IMG/VR virus record: IMGVR_UViG_2823732373_000001
Location: 22,352-86,351 of that record
Direction: 5' to 3' (one strand)
Length of the DNA: 64,000 nucleotides
Origin: a virus
Taxonomy: Duplodnaviria > Caudoviricetes
Below, piece after piece: positions 27,042 through 36,748 of the stretch. Position numbers and translations under genes: made by a program. The notes beneath the pieces are model-generated. The model was not told the origin of the DNA. It saw nothing but the letters and a program-made list of their open reading frames with translations, and made no database searches. Every line of letters begins with the position of its first letter. The stretch's first letter is position 1.

Positions 27042-29513
27042 TCACACTCGCGCTATTCCCAGACAACATTTTTTGAACTTCTTGCCTGAGCCGCAGGGAC
27101 ATGGCTCGTTTCGACCAACCTTCGACGTTTTCAGAAGCGCAGTTTCAACCCTGGCCTCTCGAAGCGAGGCTGCCAATGCTTCAAGTTCGGGGCGCTCGCA
27201 AAATGGGATCTCTTCGAGCCGAAGCCACTGCCACCTCGCGTCAATCACGTCTCGATTTTCATCAAACCTCAGTTCGAGGAGCACTCTGTCCGGCTCCTTA
27301 TGCATGACCAACAACGCCTTCGCATGTTTGACCATATCCGCCCACTGGGACTCACCCCAGGTTTGGGCGACCGGGAAGGCTGTCAAGCGCACCTCACCAT
27401 GACTGGAGAAGGGACGTGGCTGCGCATCAGGAGAACGTCCGATCTCTTGCTGCAACGTGTTGAAAAACCTGTCGCGCCACTCGCCACTCATATCGAGTAC
27501 ATAAGCTGCAATCGCAGATCGATGCGCCTCAGCGCCGTTCTGAAGTATCTCGAGGAGCTTTGCCATGCCCGCCGGCATCTTTTGCCGCAGGGGGGTCGGC
27601 ACTTCTTCGCCCAGCAGCCGCGCGCCAAAGAACTTGTCAATCTCCTCTCGATATCCGAGAAATTGCAGATCAGTCCGCCCGCCTCCCGCGAGCTCCTCGG
27701 CATGCTGGGCGTAATGGTTATGTCGCAGATATAACCCTAGATGGTCTAACTCATCATCCAGTTGTAACCGTGTTGATTTGTAGGCCTCTTTCCGCTGCTG
27801 AACGAAGTGCAGAAACTCGAGGGGGTTGGTAAAGATATCTGCGTACACGCGCAAGTCGTCCAAAGAGAGCGACCAGATTGGATTTACCCCCACCTCCACG
27901 CCGATGGTGGACAGACGCTGAGCTTGGGCCGCCAGTTCCGTAAAGGGATCAAGCGTGATGGCGCACACGGTGACCTCGCGGAAGTCCTTGAGGCGGACTC
28001 TAAGCAGCTCACTTCCGTCGGCATGAAAAATTGGGACTTCCTCTGCCGATTGCAAATACCTTAAAAAGCGATGTCCTTGCTGCGCGGGTGCAGCGACCAG
28101 GGCCTTCAACGATTTCACATGGGCGTCCACATCAGTGGCAGGTGACGTGTGGGTGAACGCACCAGCCTTGACCTCGATGATGAGCAGGTGGTCGTCGAAC
28201 ATCAGTATTCCGTCAGTCTCATAGCGACTCGCCGGTTTTCCGTGCTCGCTCATCCAGTAGTACACCGCTTTGAAGCAGATCGCTCCGGGCAGCAGACGAT
28301 CAAGATAAGAAAAAGGAAGTGACTCGGTTACTTCCTTTCGTGCATCTATCCATCGTTGCTTCTGATCTTTCCCTATCGCAAAGATCTTCTTCTCAAGGTG
28401 CCGATAGAAGTGGTCAAACAATGTAGTTTGATCAAAGCAGTAGTAGCGTTTGTCGATCTTGATAAATGGCCGCTTGAAGGTTGGCCATACCCTTAGGGGC
28501 CAACCACTGAAATCACCTTCGCCGAAAAATTCTGTGTCCTGCCCCGGGCCCCAAGAAAAATCCTCCAGAAATGCCGGGGGCAGATTTGTCACTTTCTGCA
28601 GATCGAACAAATCAAACCCCAGAAATAGTCCCGCCGCGCGCTCCTGCTCCTCCCTGAGGCCGTGACGCGCAATCGAATCTTGCAACTTCTGTTTGATATC
28701 GCTTCCTACTGCGAGTCCGGCCTTCAGATCGGCATCAAGGCAAGCCAACGACTTAGTTCTGAACGCGTCCATTGCTTCAACTGCATCCCCTATTCCCGTG
28801 GTGTGCGCATTCCAGACTTTTTGCAGTTCATCACACAGACCTCTGGCACTCAATCCATAGAGTTCGAAGATCAGATCGCTTTTGGGGTCTAGTAGCTCTC
28901 GCAGCGCTTGAATCTGATGGTTCTGGTACTGCTCTCCAGTTACGTTGCACCAGTAAAGCTGAGCGCGGAAGTGAAACTCCTCGAATGCAGCATCAACACT
29001 AGCCGCATTTTTCCGACGCGAAGCAGTCGCGCAGACAAAATACGTTAGGTTGAGCTTCTCAAAGATCTCTTTCACCAGGCCACGGAGCTCATACCACTGG
29101 TCATCTGTGGGCTGTTCGAAAGACGGATTCACTGGCACGACGCTTACGACCAGGCTCTGAACGTAATCAATCATTCTGGTCGCGATCACCTGCTCCGCTT
29201 GGATCTCGATTTCACTCGATATACCCATCAAGGCTGCACTCCTTTCCCACCAAGCTCGATGAAGTAACAAGAGTGGATTCAAGGAGGCCGTTAACGAAGC
29301 GGCCTTCGCGATGCTCGCGTCAATCTCTCTGACGACATCGTGCAGCCCTGCGGCTAGCCGCTCCTGCATCTTCTGGAATTCTTCTGGTTGCCAATGAACT
29401 TGGCTAACCATGTGCCGTCCGTACCTAGCCATCTGCAGTGGGCCTGCACTGAACACCTCATCCGGCTCACGCATCTGCCGGAAGGCGCTAGACCTTTTAC
29501 GCTTTTTTCTCAT
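27042..29513 (-). CDS. Large NERD-like PD-(D/E)xK nuclease with C-terminal SEC-C motif
   Basis: ETDGILMFDDHLLIIEVK; KVGRNEPCPCGSGKKFKKCC; start uncertain. Confidence 0.82.
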   Translation of the reverse strand: MRKKRKRSSAFRQMREPDEVFSAGPLQMARYGRHMVSQVHWQPEEFQKMQERLAAGLHDVVREIDASIAKAASLTASLNPLLLLHRAWWERSAALMGISSEIEIQAEQVIATRMIDYVQSLVVSVVPVNPSFEQPTDDQWYELRGLVKEIFEKLNLTYFVCATASRRKNAASVDAAFEEFHFRAQLYWCNVTGEQYQNHQIQALRELLDPKSDLIFELYGLSARGLCDELQKVWNAHTTGIGDAVEAMDAFRTKSLACLDADLKAGLAVGSDIKQKLQDSIARHGLREEQERAAGLFLGFDLFDLQKVTNLPPAFLEDFSWGPGQDTEFFGEGDFSGWPLRVWPTFKRPFIKIDKRYYCFDQTTLFDHFYRHLEKKIFAIGKDQKQRWIDARKEVTESLPFSYLDRLLPGAICFKAVYYWMSEHGKPASRYETDGILMFDDHLLIIEVKAGAFTHTSPATDVDAHVKSLKALVAAPAQQGHRFLRYLQSAEEVPIFHADGSELLRVRLKDFREVTVCAITLDPFTELAAQAQRLSTIGVEVGVNPIWSLSLDDLRVYADIFTNPLEFLHFVQQRKEAYKSTRLQLDDELDHLGLYLRHNHYAQHAEELAGGGRTDLQFLGYREEIDKFFGARLLGEEVPTPLRQKMPAGMAKLLEILQNGAEAHRSAIAAYVLDMSGEWRDRFFNTLQQEIGRSPDAQPRPFSSHGEVRLTAFPVAQTWGESQWADMVKHAKALLVMHKEPDRVLLELRFDENRDVIDARWQWLRLEEIPFCERPELEALAASLREARVETALLKTSKVGRNEPCPCGSGKKFKKCCLGIARV

Positions 29514-29897
29514 CGCCTGATGGTGCCAGTGATCGGCAAACGATGCATCAGGACCGATACGTGTAAGTCGGGGCATGAACCGCTTGGCGGCCAACAGCGA
29601 GACCGAATTGCACACCTACCGGAACACACCACGTACATCCAACGGAATAAAAACATACGAGGGGTTCATGACTGCGCGAACCAACCCTTGCACGTGAGGA
29701 CTTTCGCGATGGGCGGTGGGCGCCCCTCGACGTGCTGACGACCCGCCCCCGCCCTCCTTTGAACAGTGCCGCTGGCCACCTCAACGTGCAACGCCAGCAC
29801 CCCGCCCCGACAACGTCATAGACCACAAAGGCCGACCTGGCTGCAACCAGGAAAGCTGGCCGGCGGCGTTGGTCGGGGCACCTATTCACCACCCGAG

Positions 29898-29924
29898 GGG
29901 CTGTCTCTAGAGACAGCCCTTTTT
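29898..29924 (+). terminator. Intrinsic terminator inside the early region
   Basis: GGGCTGTCTC-TA-GAGACAGCCC-TTTTT. Confidence 0.75.
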
Positions 29925-29940
29925 CGTTTCGGAGACTCAA

Positions 29941-30021
29941 ATGAAATTCGCATACCTCGCGGCCTGCAAAGGCCACCTCGTGCCCGTGTTCCGCCGCCTC
30001 CACCGTCACCCGGTGCGCTGA
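29941..30021 (+). CDS. Small 26-aa ORF MKFAYLAACKGHLVPVFRRLHRHPVR
   Basis: GGAG RBS; stop 2 nt before the next ATG; below the ORF-track cutoff. Confidence 0.5.
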   Translation: MKFAYLAACKGHLVPVFRRLHRHPVR

Positions 30022-30023
30022 AC

Positions 30024-30395
30024 ATGGACAACCAGCAGTTCTTCGACAAGACCGTCGCCTTCCTCCGTACACAGGGCGAGGCCGCCGTCACTGCCAACGG
30101 CGCATGCCGCTACCGCACTTCACCGTCCGAGGACAGAGTTCTCATGTGCGCTGTCGGCTGCCACATCCCCGACAACGTCTACAGCTCGGGTTTCGAGGGC
30201 GTCTCTGCGAGCGAGCTGCTTCGCGTCAGCAATGACGTGTGCGCGCTGTTCGGCGGCGTCGACAGGGCCCTGATCGAAGCAATGCAGCTCGCACACGACG
30301 ACGGCCTCGCCGTACACGGCTTGCACGCATTCGAGGATCAGGTCGAGAACATCGCCTTCGACTACGGCCTCAAGTACATCACGCCAGAGGCCTGA
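30024..30395 (+). CDS. Hypothetical phage protein (CxYR...CAVGC)
   Basis: Start MDNQQFFD; CRYR, CAVGCHI and Q-x-AHD motifs. Confidence 0.75.
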   Translation: MDNQQFFDKTVAFLRTQGEAAVTANGACRYRTSPSEDRVLMCAVGCHIPDNVYSSGFEGVSASELLRVSNDVCALFGGVDRALIEAMQLAHDDGLAVHGLHAFEDQVENIAFDYGLKYITPEA

Positions 30396-30396
30396 C

Positions 30397-30810
30397 GTGG
30401 CAATCAAACTCGAGGCCCTCACCGAACACGAGCGCGATGCGTTCTGGTCCGCCAACTTGCAGCACGCACTCAAGCTGCTGGCTACCGTGAAGGACAGGCA
30501 GGTGGACCTGAATCTCTGGTGCGCAGACACCGAGTGTGGAACGATCGCATGTTTCGGCGGCTGGTGCGCGATCGATCCGTACTTTCAATCTCTCGGCGTC
30601 AGCCTTCACAAGGCAGGTCGGTATCCGGTGATCGAAGACCTCTACTTGTACGACTTCGAGGTCTCTAACTACCTGTTCGGCGAGGAAGAGCTGTTCCAAC
30701 CGCGTCACGCGTATACCGAATTTACCGATAGCACGCGAGACATGTCCGATCGCGAGATCGCTATTCGCCGTGTTACGCAGCGGCTGCGCGAACTAGGCGC
30801 CGAGGCTTGA
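30397..30810 (+). CDS. CGTxACFGGW-motif phage protein, copy 2
   Basis: ECGTIACFGGW. Confidence 0.75.
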   Translation: MAIKLEALTEHERDAFWSANLQHALKLLATVKDRQVDLNLWCADTECGTIACFGGWCAIDPYFQSLGVSLHKAGRYPVIEDLYLYDFEVSNYLFGEEELFQPRHAYTEFTDSTRDMSDREIAIRRVTQRLRELGAEA

Positions 30811-30849
30811 CGAGCCACAGCCTTACAACAATGGCCGCTTGGAGCCCAA

Positions 30850-31437
30850 TCAAACTTCGATTGCTGACTTGGTAGGGGGCAATAGGGCCAACTTCATCTT
30901 CTCGTAGTTGTCCCGAATATTTTTGATGTGACGATGAATGTTGTCGCACCAGACTTTGTCACGCGCCAGCGAGTCACCCTCCGCGCGGTCTGAGTCCGTT
31001 CTCTTGCCCTTACCCGAATCCCAGTCGTGAACTGCATTGCGCAAGAAGACCAACTGGTCGCGCAGATCAAGCAGAGCTGCAGCCGCCTCCGCAGATCCCA
31101 CTTCATGCGCAGGAATTGCACTCACCGCTGCGACGCGGCTCTCGATCACTGAAGGGTGATATTCATCGAAGAATTTGGCCCTGGAAATCGGCTGTGTAGA
31201 GAAGATCTGCCCTACCGCCTCTGCCCTATCTGCACACATGCGGGCAATCTCCAGGATTGCCGCGCGCCGGCCCCGCTCAGCATCCTCCGCGAGCAACCGG
31301 GAGTTGCTCAAGGCGGCCGAGGACTGTGACCTCCCAATCCAGAAGGCCGCAAATATGGTCGCAATCGCACCGAGCGTCTGCATCCACGACGCCAAACCTG
31401 GATGCCCTTCGATCCAGCACAAAAAGCCATCGCACAT
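30850..31437 (-). CDS. Reverse-oriented single-TM hypothetical protein
   Basis: AAGGAG RBS; ASWMQTLGAIATIFAAFWI TM segment. Confidence 0.75.
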   Translation of the reverse strand: MCDGFLCWIEGHPGLASWMQTLGAIATIFAAFWIGRSQSSAALSNSRLLAEDAERGRRAAILEIARMCADRAEAVGQIFSTQPISRAKFFDEYHPSVIESRVAAVSAIPAHEVGSAEAAAALLDLRDQLVFLRNAVHDWDSGKGKRTDSDRAEGDSLARDKVWCDNIHRHIKNIRDNYEKMKLALLPPTKSAIEV

Positions 31438-31511
31438 GGTCGCTCCTTAAACCCGCCCGCGAGATTGGGCGCTAGGTCGAAGTATGCCGACACCCCGACA
31501 ACGACAACCCC

Positions 31512-31536
31512 AAAGCCCGCCTCGAGCGGGCTTTTT
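31512..31536 (+). terminator. Intrinsic terminator
   Basis: AAAGCCCGC-CTCGA-GCGGGCTTTTT. Confidence 0.75.
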
Positions 31537-31555
31537 CATGCCTGAAAGGATTTCG

Positions 31556-32272
31556 ATGCACCACATCAAACTCGCCCCCCTGCTGATCGCCAGCTGCCTC
31601 GCTGCGTGCGGCGGCGGTGGAGGCGGCTCCCCGAGCATGCCGCTCCTCCCGTTTGCTGCCGCACCGATCGAAGAAGCCCCTGCGCCCACACCTGCTAAAC
31701 CGGACTGCTCGGTTGCCCTGTACGGCGATTCGATCTTGCATGGGGCCTACAACGACGCAGTTGGAGAGCAACGACTGGCCGAGCCGCCGGCGGCCGCCCT
31801 GAAGCGGCTGCGCCCGGCGTACGCCGTCTTCGACTACACACTGTCCGGCCAGTCGGCGCGCGCGCTGTCGGCCACCTTCAACAGCTTGACCCGCACCGCG
31901 AAGGTCGTCGTGATCGAGAGCGGCGTGATCGACGCCTGGCGTAACGACCCGCCGATCGACACCGTCAAGGCGATGGCCGAGTACGCCCGGGCCGAGGGCC
32001 GCATCGTGATCATCACGGGCTTCTCGCATACGCTGGTCTCGACCCGCATGGGCATCACTGCGGAAGGCATCGCGCGTCGCGACGAAACGAATCGAGCCAT
32101 GCGGGCAATGGCGTCGGCCGCGGGCTTCGGATTCGCCGACTTTGGTGCGGCCGCATTCGATGCGGGCTCCGTAGCGGACCTGATCCACCCAGGCCAGGCC
32201 TACTCGCTGCGTCTGGTTGAGCAACTCATCGCTGCGCTGGACAAAGCCGCACCGGAGTGCCGCCAAAGCTGA
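31556..32272 (+). CDS. SGNH/GDSL hydrolase lipoprotein
   Basis: Lipobox LAAC, YGDS block I, SGQ block II, DLIHP block V. Confidence 0.85.
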   Translation: MHHIKLAPLLIASCLAACGGGGGGSPSMPLLPFAAAPIEEAPAPTPAKPDCSVALYGDSILHGAYNDAVGEQRLAEPPAAALKRLRPAYAVFDYTLSGQSARALSATFNSLTRTAKVVVIESGVIDAWRNDPPIDTVKAMAEYARAEGRIVIITGFSHTLVSTRMGITAEGIARRDETNRAMRAMASAAGFGFADFGAAAFDAGSVADLIHPGQAYSLRLVEQLIAALDKAAPECRQS

Positions 32273-32286
32273 TCGGCGCCGATAAA

Positions 32287-33072
32287 TTACGACTCAACAA
32301 CAGGTGTCACATCGGGCCAAGCGAGGTCAACTCTCAGGCATTTGGTATCCCCGCCGCGGAGAAACAGTGATGGAGGATGAAAATTTGCATTGGCCTTCAG
32401 ACAGTCATACGGATCGAGGTAGCTCGTGCCGTCGGGCCGAAGAAAATAGTCATCGATTGGAAACGGTCCGCCCAAAGAAAACAAGAACGGTAGGCCGTGA
32501 AGCGCAATGAAGGCTCCAACGACACGTGGCTGCCCTGCTGGATCAACCACATCGAGTTCGCGAAAAAGGAACTCCTTGGTGATTGTTGAGTGGCGCTCCA
32601 CGCCTGCCATAGAGTACATGCCGATCGGTGCGGACATTGGGATAAGCCCGTACAGAGCAGCCACGATTTCTGGTCTAGCTGGATACCGCTTGCCCAGACG
32701 CGTCATGCCAGCGGCAAGATGACCCACGGTGACTTTGAGAAGCCAGCGCTCAAACACAAGGCCGTCCAAAAGGACGTGAAAGTCGCCTGCCTTCGCAGCG
32801 TGAAATTCATCCAACGCATCGCTCAACCGTTTTGCCTCGCTGTCGAGACCAGACAACGCAGAATTGTGATCGACGCAAAGGACATTCGCGGTGGCGCTGC
32901 GCAAGCCGATGAAGGTGTGATCCGGAATCTTCGGCCATCCCACAACCCCTATTGCGCCCTCCCCCATCACTGACTTGGTAAAGAGGTGCTCTCCAGACAT
33001 TCCGCCCGAACAACCACCCAGCTTGTGGGCATAGCACTTCGGGGCCCCATCGACATACAACTCAAAAAACAT
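32287..33072 (-). CDS. HNH-like zinc-binding protein (cargo)
   Basis: CYAH...C...SGEHLFTKS...VLCVDHNSALSGLD. Confidence 0.6.
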   Translation of the reverse strand: MFFELYVDGAPKCYAHKLGGCSGGMSGEHLFTKSVMGEGAIGVVGWPKIPDHTFIGLRSATANVLCVDHNSALSGLDSEAKRLSDALDEFHAAKAGDFHVLLDGLVFERWLLKVTVGHLAAGMTRLGKRYPARPEIVAALYGLIPMSAPIGMYSMAGVERHSTITKEFLFRELDVVDPAGQPRVVGAFIALHGLPFLFSLGGPFPIDDYFLRPDGTSYLDPYDCLKANANFHPPSLFLRGGDTKCLRVDLAWPDVTPVVES

Positions 33073-33113
33073 CGGTAGATCTTCTTCAGTTTTTCTACCA
33101 TGTGTTTTAACCC

Positions 33114-33137
33114 AAGCCCGCCGCGCGCGGGCTTTTT
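33114..33137 (+). terminator. Intrinsic terminator
   Basis: AAGCCCGC-CGCGC-GCGGGCTTTTT. Confidence 0.75.
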
Positions 33138-33149
33138 CACGTCTGAAAC

Positions 33150-33548
33150 ATGATCAAGACCGTCTATACGTGCAACTACTGCGGAAGCGACGACCTGCTG
33201 CAGGATGCATACGTCCCGCTCAACGCCCCCGACGAGGTCCAGACCTACGACACGATCGCCTGCAGCTGCTGCGGCAGCGACAAGGTGAGGCCCATCGAGA
33301 CGGACATCGAGGCCGAAGAAGAGCTTGGGAGACCGGCCACCAATACCGAGTTCGTCACGAACCTGATGGAGATCTCACGCCACGGCCCGCTGATTCAGGC
33401 ATTCGTGATCCAGGCCCTCGACCAGTTCTCGAAGACAGTGGCCGCATCGACCCCGGACGCTCTCGACACGCCTCTCGTCAGCGGCTACGCCTGGCATGGC
33501 TGCGCGGTGGAGATCCAAGAAAAACTCAAGGCGAGGCCCGGCGCCTGA
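33150..33548 (+). CDS. Zinc-ribbon hypothetical protein
   Basis: CNYCGS and CSCCGS. Confidence 0.7.
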   Translation: MIKTVYTCNYCGSDDLLQDAYVPLNAPDEVQTYDTIACSCCGSDKVRPIETDIEAEEELGRPATNTEFVTNLMEISRHGPLIQAFVIQALDQFSKTVAASTPDALDTPLVSGYAWHGCAVEIQEKLKARPGA

Positions 33549-34099
33549 TGGTCATGGCAAGAACCGCCCCGCCGCTCGCCGTCATCAGCCTACCGCTCGA
33601 AGGCCAGAGCCTGCAGGTGCACAAAGCGCTTGTCGAAATGGGCATCGACTACACCGTCACCTACCAGGGCGAGCACACCGACAACAGTGGCTGGCAGCAC
33701 GACGAGTGGATGTTCAAGCTCACTCGCTACGAAGGGGCCGTTCGCAAGGAAGCCGCTTCGATGCGCCACGCCTACCGCACCGGCACCGGCCACCGCAAGC
33801 CGAAACCCGGCACGCGGCCCTTCGACGGCCGGAAGAACACCCTGTACCACGAGGACTGGGTGAAAGCCCACATGCGCGCGGTGGAGCCGCTCGTCGCCGG
33901 CCTCATCTACAGCCTGCTGTCCGACGCCGAGGGTGCTACGGACACCTTCGGGAACTGGTGCGCAGAGCTTGGCTACGACGACGACTCGATCAAAGCTCTG
34001 AACACCTATCGAGCCTGCCAGGAGATCCGAGACCAGCTACATCGATTTTTCGCGGCGGGCCAGCTCGACACATTGCGCGCGCTGCTGGAGGACTACTGA
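33548..34099 (+). CDS. Hypothetical phage protein
   Basis: TGATG overlap; TFGNWCAELGYDDDS. Confidence 0.7.
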   Translation: MVMARTAPPLAVISLPLEGQSLQVHKALVEMGIDYTVTYQGEHTDNSGWQHDEWMFKLTRYEGAVRKEAASMRHAYRTGTGHRKPKPGTRPFDGRKNTLYHEDWVKAHMRAVEPLVAGLIYSLLSDAEGATDTFGNWCAELGYDDDSIKALNTYRACQEIRDQLHRFFAAGQLDTLRALLEDY

Positions 34100-34144
34100 T
34101 ATTCGCGGCCACCCAGAAGGCGAAAAGCCTCACAGAGGAAATGA

Positions 34145-34891
34145 ATGCATGCAATCAAGGAGCGGGCGCGCAAGACGCCCTTCGACCCGGCGCCTGAGCC
34201 GGCCACCTTCCGCTACCACTTCACCCGCGTCAGCGGAAATCAGAAGACCGGCCCGATGCCTGTCACGACGACAAGCAGCAACTCGTGCCCGCCCACCTGC
34301 AGTTTCAAGAAGAACGGCTGCTACGCCGAGCACGGCCCGCTTGCCATTCACTGGCGACAGATCGATTCAGGCAAGCGCGGCACCACCTTCGAGGAGCTAC
34401 TCGCTGACGTCGAGACCATCCGCCGCAACGCACTCTGGCGTCACAACCAAGCGGGGGACCTGACCCCCTCAACGCCGGGGAACATCGATGGCCAGCTTCT
34501 CACGCGGCTTGCCATCGCGAACAAGGGGCGACGCGGCTTCACATACACGCACTACAAGCCGACGCCGCACAACCGTGCTGCGATTCGGACCGCGAACCTG
34601 ATGGGGTTCACGGTCAACCTCAGTGCCGAGACGTTCGACCAGGCCGACGAGTACGCGGAGATCGGCATCGCGCCCGTCGTCGTCGTGCTGCCGGCCGACG
34701 CTACTAAAGCGGCGAAGACTCCCGCAGGCCGACACGTCATCGTCTGTCCCGCCGCCACCGGCAACACCGACTGCCTGAACTGCGGAATCTGCCAAGACCG
34801 CGACCGCAAGTCGATCGTCGGATTCCCCGCGCACGGCAGCGGCCTGAAGAGGGCCCAGGCCGTGTTCTTCCTCAAGAAAGAGCGAGCATGA
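34145..34891 (+). CDS. Cys-rich Gp88-like (radical-SAM-like) protein
   Basis: GNQKTG, CPPTC...GCYA, RHNQAGD, FTYTH, VNLS, CPA...CLNCGIC. Confidence 0.65.
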   Translation: MHAIKERARKTPFDPAPEPATFRYHFTRVSGNQKTGPMPVTTTSSNSCPPTCSFKKNGCYAEHGPLAIHWRQIDSGKRGTTFEELLADVETIRRNALWRHNQAGDLTPSTPGNIDGQLLTRLAIANKGRRGFTYTHYKPTPHNRAAIRTANLMGFTVNLSAETFDQADEYAEIGIAPVVVVLPADATKAAKTPAGRHVIVCPAATGNTDCLNCGICQDRDRKSIVGFPAHGSGLKRAQAVFFLKKERA

Positions 34892-35403
34892 CCACCATTT
34901 GCACTTCATCCGACTTCATCGACGGCCACGCCGTCGAAGCCCGCATCCGCGAGCTCGAGGATGAACTCTCCGAGTTCGAGAGCACCGCGGTCGAAGCCGG
35001 CTGGACTTTCACGAAGTCCGAGACCGACGAGTGGGTCGCCATCGGCCCTAAGTGGGCTGACGGCAGCGCAGGGACCGTCTACACCGATGAGTCGCGCGAC
35101 GTCGTTGTCCTCTCTGCCGCCGAGGAGGCCGGCGCAACCCTGACCCACCTGGCCGACGTCGAGGAACTCGATGATCTCCGCGAACTCCGCGACGAGGCTC
35201 AGGGCTACGGGGGTTGGCCGCAGTGCACGCTCATCAACGAAGACAAGTGGGTCGACTACGCCCAGCAGACGGCCGACGATCTAGGAGGCGTGACCGACAG
35301 CTGGCCGCACCGCCACATCGACTGGGACGCCGCAGCCGACGAGCTGCGCCTGGACTACACCGAGGTGCGATTCCGCGGCAACTCGTTCCTGGTGAGGACC
35401 TGA
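34888..35403 (+). CDS. Acidic protein with ArdA-like C-terminus (possible antirestriction)
   Basis: Very D/E-rich; HIDWDAAADELRLDY resembles the ArdA YIDYE-x-ARDL motif. Confidence 0.55.
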   Translation: MTTICTSSDFIDGHAVEARIRELEDELSEFESTAVEAGWTFTKSETDEWVAIGPKWADGSAGTVYTDESRDVVVLSAAEEAGATLTHLADVEELDDLRELRDEAQGYGGWPQCTLINEDKWVDYAQQTADDLGGVTDSWPHRHIDWDAAADELRLDYTEVRFRGNSFLVRT

Positions 35404-35582
35404 TGGAAGTTCTCGAAGCCGCACGCGCGACAACTGCCCCTACCAACGAACTCGACGAAGCCTTCCTGGCCAACGCCGACCGCGCCGTGCTCGTGAGCAA
35501 GGTGCTCGACCCTCTGCGCCTTGACCAGGTGCACCGCGCCGCCGAGTACGAGCTGCGCATGAACAGAAACGGAGCCGACTGA
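35403..35582 (+). CDS. Small hypothetical protein
   Basis: TGATG overlap, GAGG RBS. Confidence 0.55.
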   Translation: MEVLEAARATTAPTNELDEAFLANADRAVLVSKVLDPLRLDQVHRAAEYELRMNRNGAD

Positions 35583-35583
35583 A

Positions 35584-35880
35584 TTGGGAAAATTGATCGC
35601 AACGAGGGCCTTCGAGGCTGAGCTGATCCTCGAAGGCAGCTGGGGTACGCGCCAGCTCGGCAAGCACCCCTCCTCCATGGAGCTGTGGGAGCGCGACGAC
35701 CCAGGCTGCTATTTCATCGAGTGGGACATCCCGCACATGGATCGCACCGAGGAGATCGGCATCTGGGTCGACCGCGGCTCTAAGGAACTCATCGACTACG
35801 ACGGCGTGTTCTCCCTGCCGATCCAGGCCATCGCACTGCTCGAAGAGAACGGCATCAAGGTGGGGGCCGACTTCCATTGA
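35584..35880 (+). CDS. Acidic hypothetical protein
   Basis: GGAG RBS, tight operon packing. Confidence 0.65.
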   Translation: MGKLIATRAFEAELILEGSWGTRQLGKHPSSMELWERDDPGCYFIEWDIPHMDRTEEIGIWVDRGSKELIDYDGVFSLPIQAIALLEENGIKVGADFH

Positions 35881-36134
35881 AGTTGGATCTTCGCCCCACG
35901 CCAGCGCGACACCGGGTTCCTCGCGAACCACTCTTTACTTTCTCCGAAATTGCTGATCGGCTGAAGACCTCCACACATCGGATATCCGCGGCATGCCGCC
36001 ACAACCCTGGCCTGCAATGCGAGATGGTTGTCGGCAACTCGACGAGTGCTAGCCCTCGTCGCCGCCTATACCGCATGTCTGTGGTCCGAGCATGGTGGGC
36101 CATGGTGCCTACGCATATGAAGGGAACGCCATGA
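35877..36134 (+). CDS. Small HTH-like DNA-binding protein
   Basis: LFTFSEIADRLKTS...LYRMSVVRAWW resembles a MerR/xis-type HTH. Confidence 0.55.
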   Translation: MKLDLRPTPARHRVPREPLFTFSEIADRLKTSTHRISAACRHNPGLQCEMVVGNSTSASPRRRLYRMSVVRAWWAMVPTHMKGTP

Positions 36135-36361
36135 ATCGAATCATCCGCGCAACGGTGCGCGAGGAAGTGCTCGAGCGCGAGACGCTCGACTTCGAGGTGC
36201 CCGACGACCTCGATATCGAGGACGAAGATGCACTGCAGGCCTATCTCGAAATGGCATTCGTCGAAGGCAGCTACCGCGTCGTGCCAAACACGAAGGAGCT
36301 TGCGATCGAAGAGCGCGCCTTCTTTGACCCCGAACTCCTCACTCAGAAAGAGCCCGCTTGA
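36131..36361 (+). CDS. Small acidic hypothetical protein
   Basis: ATGA overlap; very E/D-rich. Confidence 0.6.
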   Translation: MNRIIRATVREEVLERETLDFEVPDDLDIEDEDALQAYLEMAFVEGSYRVVPNTKELAIEERAFFDPELLTQKEPA

Positions 36362-36615
36362 AATTCTTCGTCAGAACCGACACCGACCCCGTCCGCTACT
36401 TTGGCACGCAAGGCGATGCCCACGACGACGGCCGCAAGGAGGAACCCGTGTGGCGCTCCGCCGTGCGCATCAAGGAGGTGGACTTGAAAGTCCACAAGGA
36501 AGCGATCTTGGAACTGTTGCGTCTCGGCAGTGCCAACATTCAGGATCTCCTTAAAGGCCATGGCCGGACGTGGACCCTGACCGCGCGCGGAGGGATCAAG
36601 GCAATCACCAAGTGA
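36358..36615 (+). CDS. Hypothetical protein
   Basis: TTGA overlap with the previous gene. Confidence 0.6.
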   Translation: MKFFVRTDTDPVRYFGTQGDAHDDGRKEEPVWRSAVRIKEVDLKVHKEAILELLRLGSANIQDLLKGHGRTWTLTARGGIKAITK

Positions 36616-36748
36616 AATGACAGGTCTGCGGCAAGCCGACACGAGTACTTGAGACCCGCGCTGGGGGCGCGGCATCAGCGCAAGACATCGCAAGTGCACT
36701 CACGAACTTCGGGCATGCTCGCGCGCACTTGCTGCCCCCTATAAGCCG

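Noticed and set aside
29804-29879. Hammerhead ribozyme in the branched hairpin containing GAAA
   Set aside because: No CUGANGA core
21184-31501. CRISPR array or integron attC interpretation of the repeated motif
   Set aside because: Repeats are 9-14 bp, irregularly spaced and partly intragenic; no convincing RYYYAAC/GTTRRRY boxes; the integrase is phage-type; no cas genes
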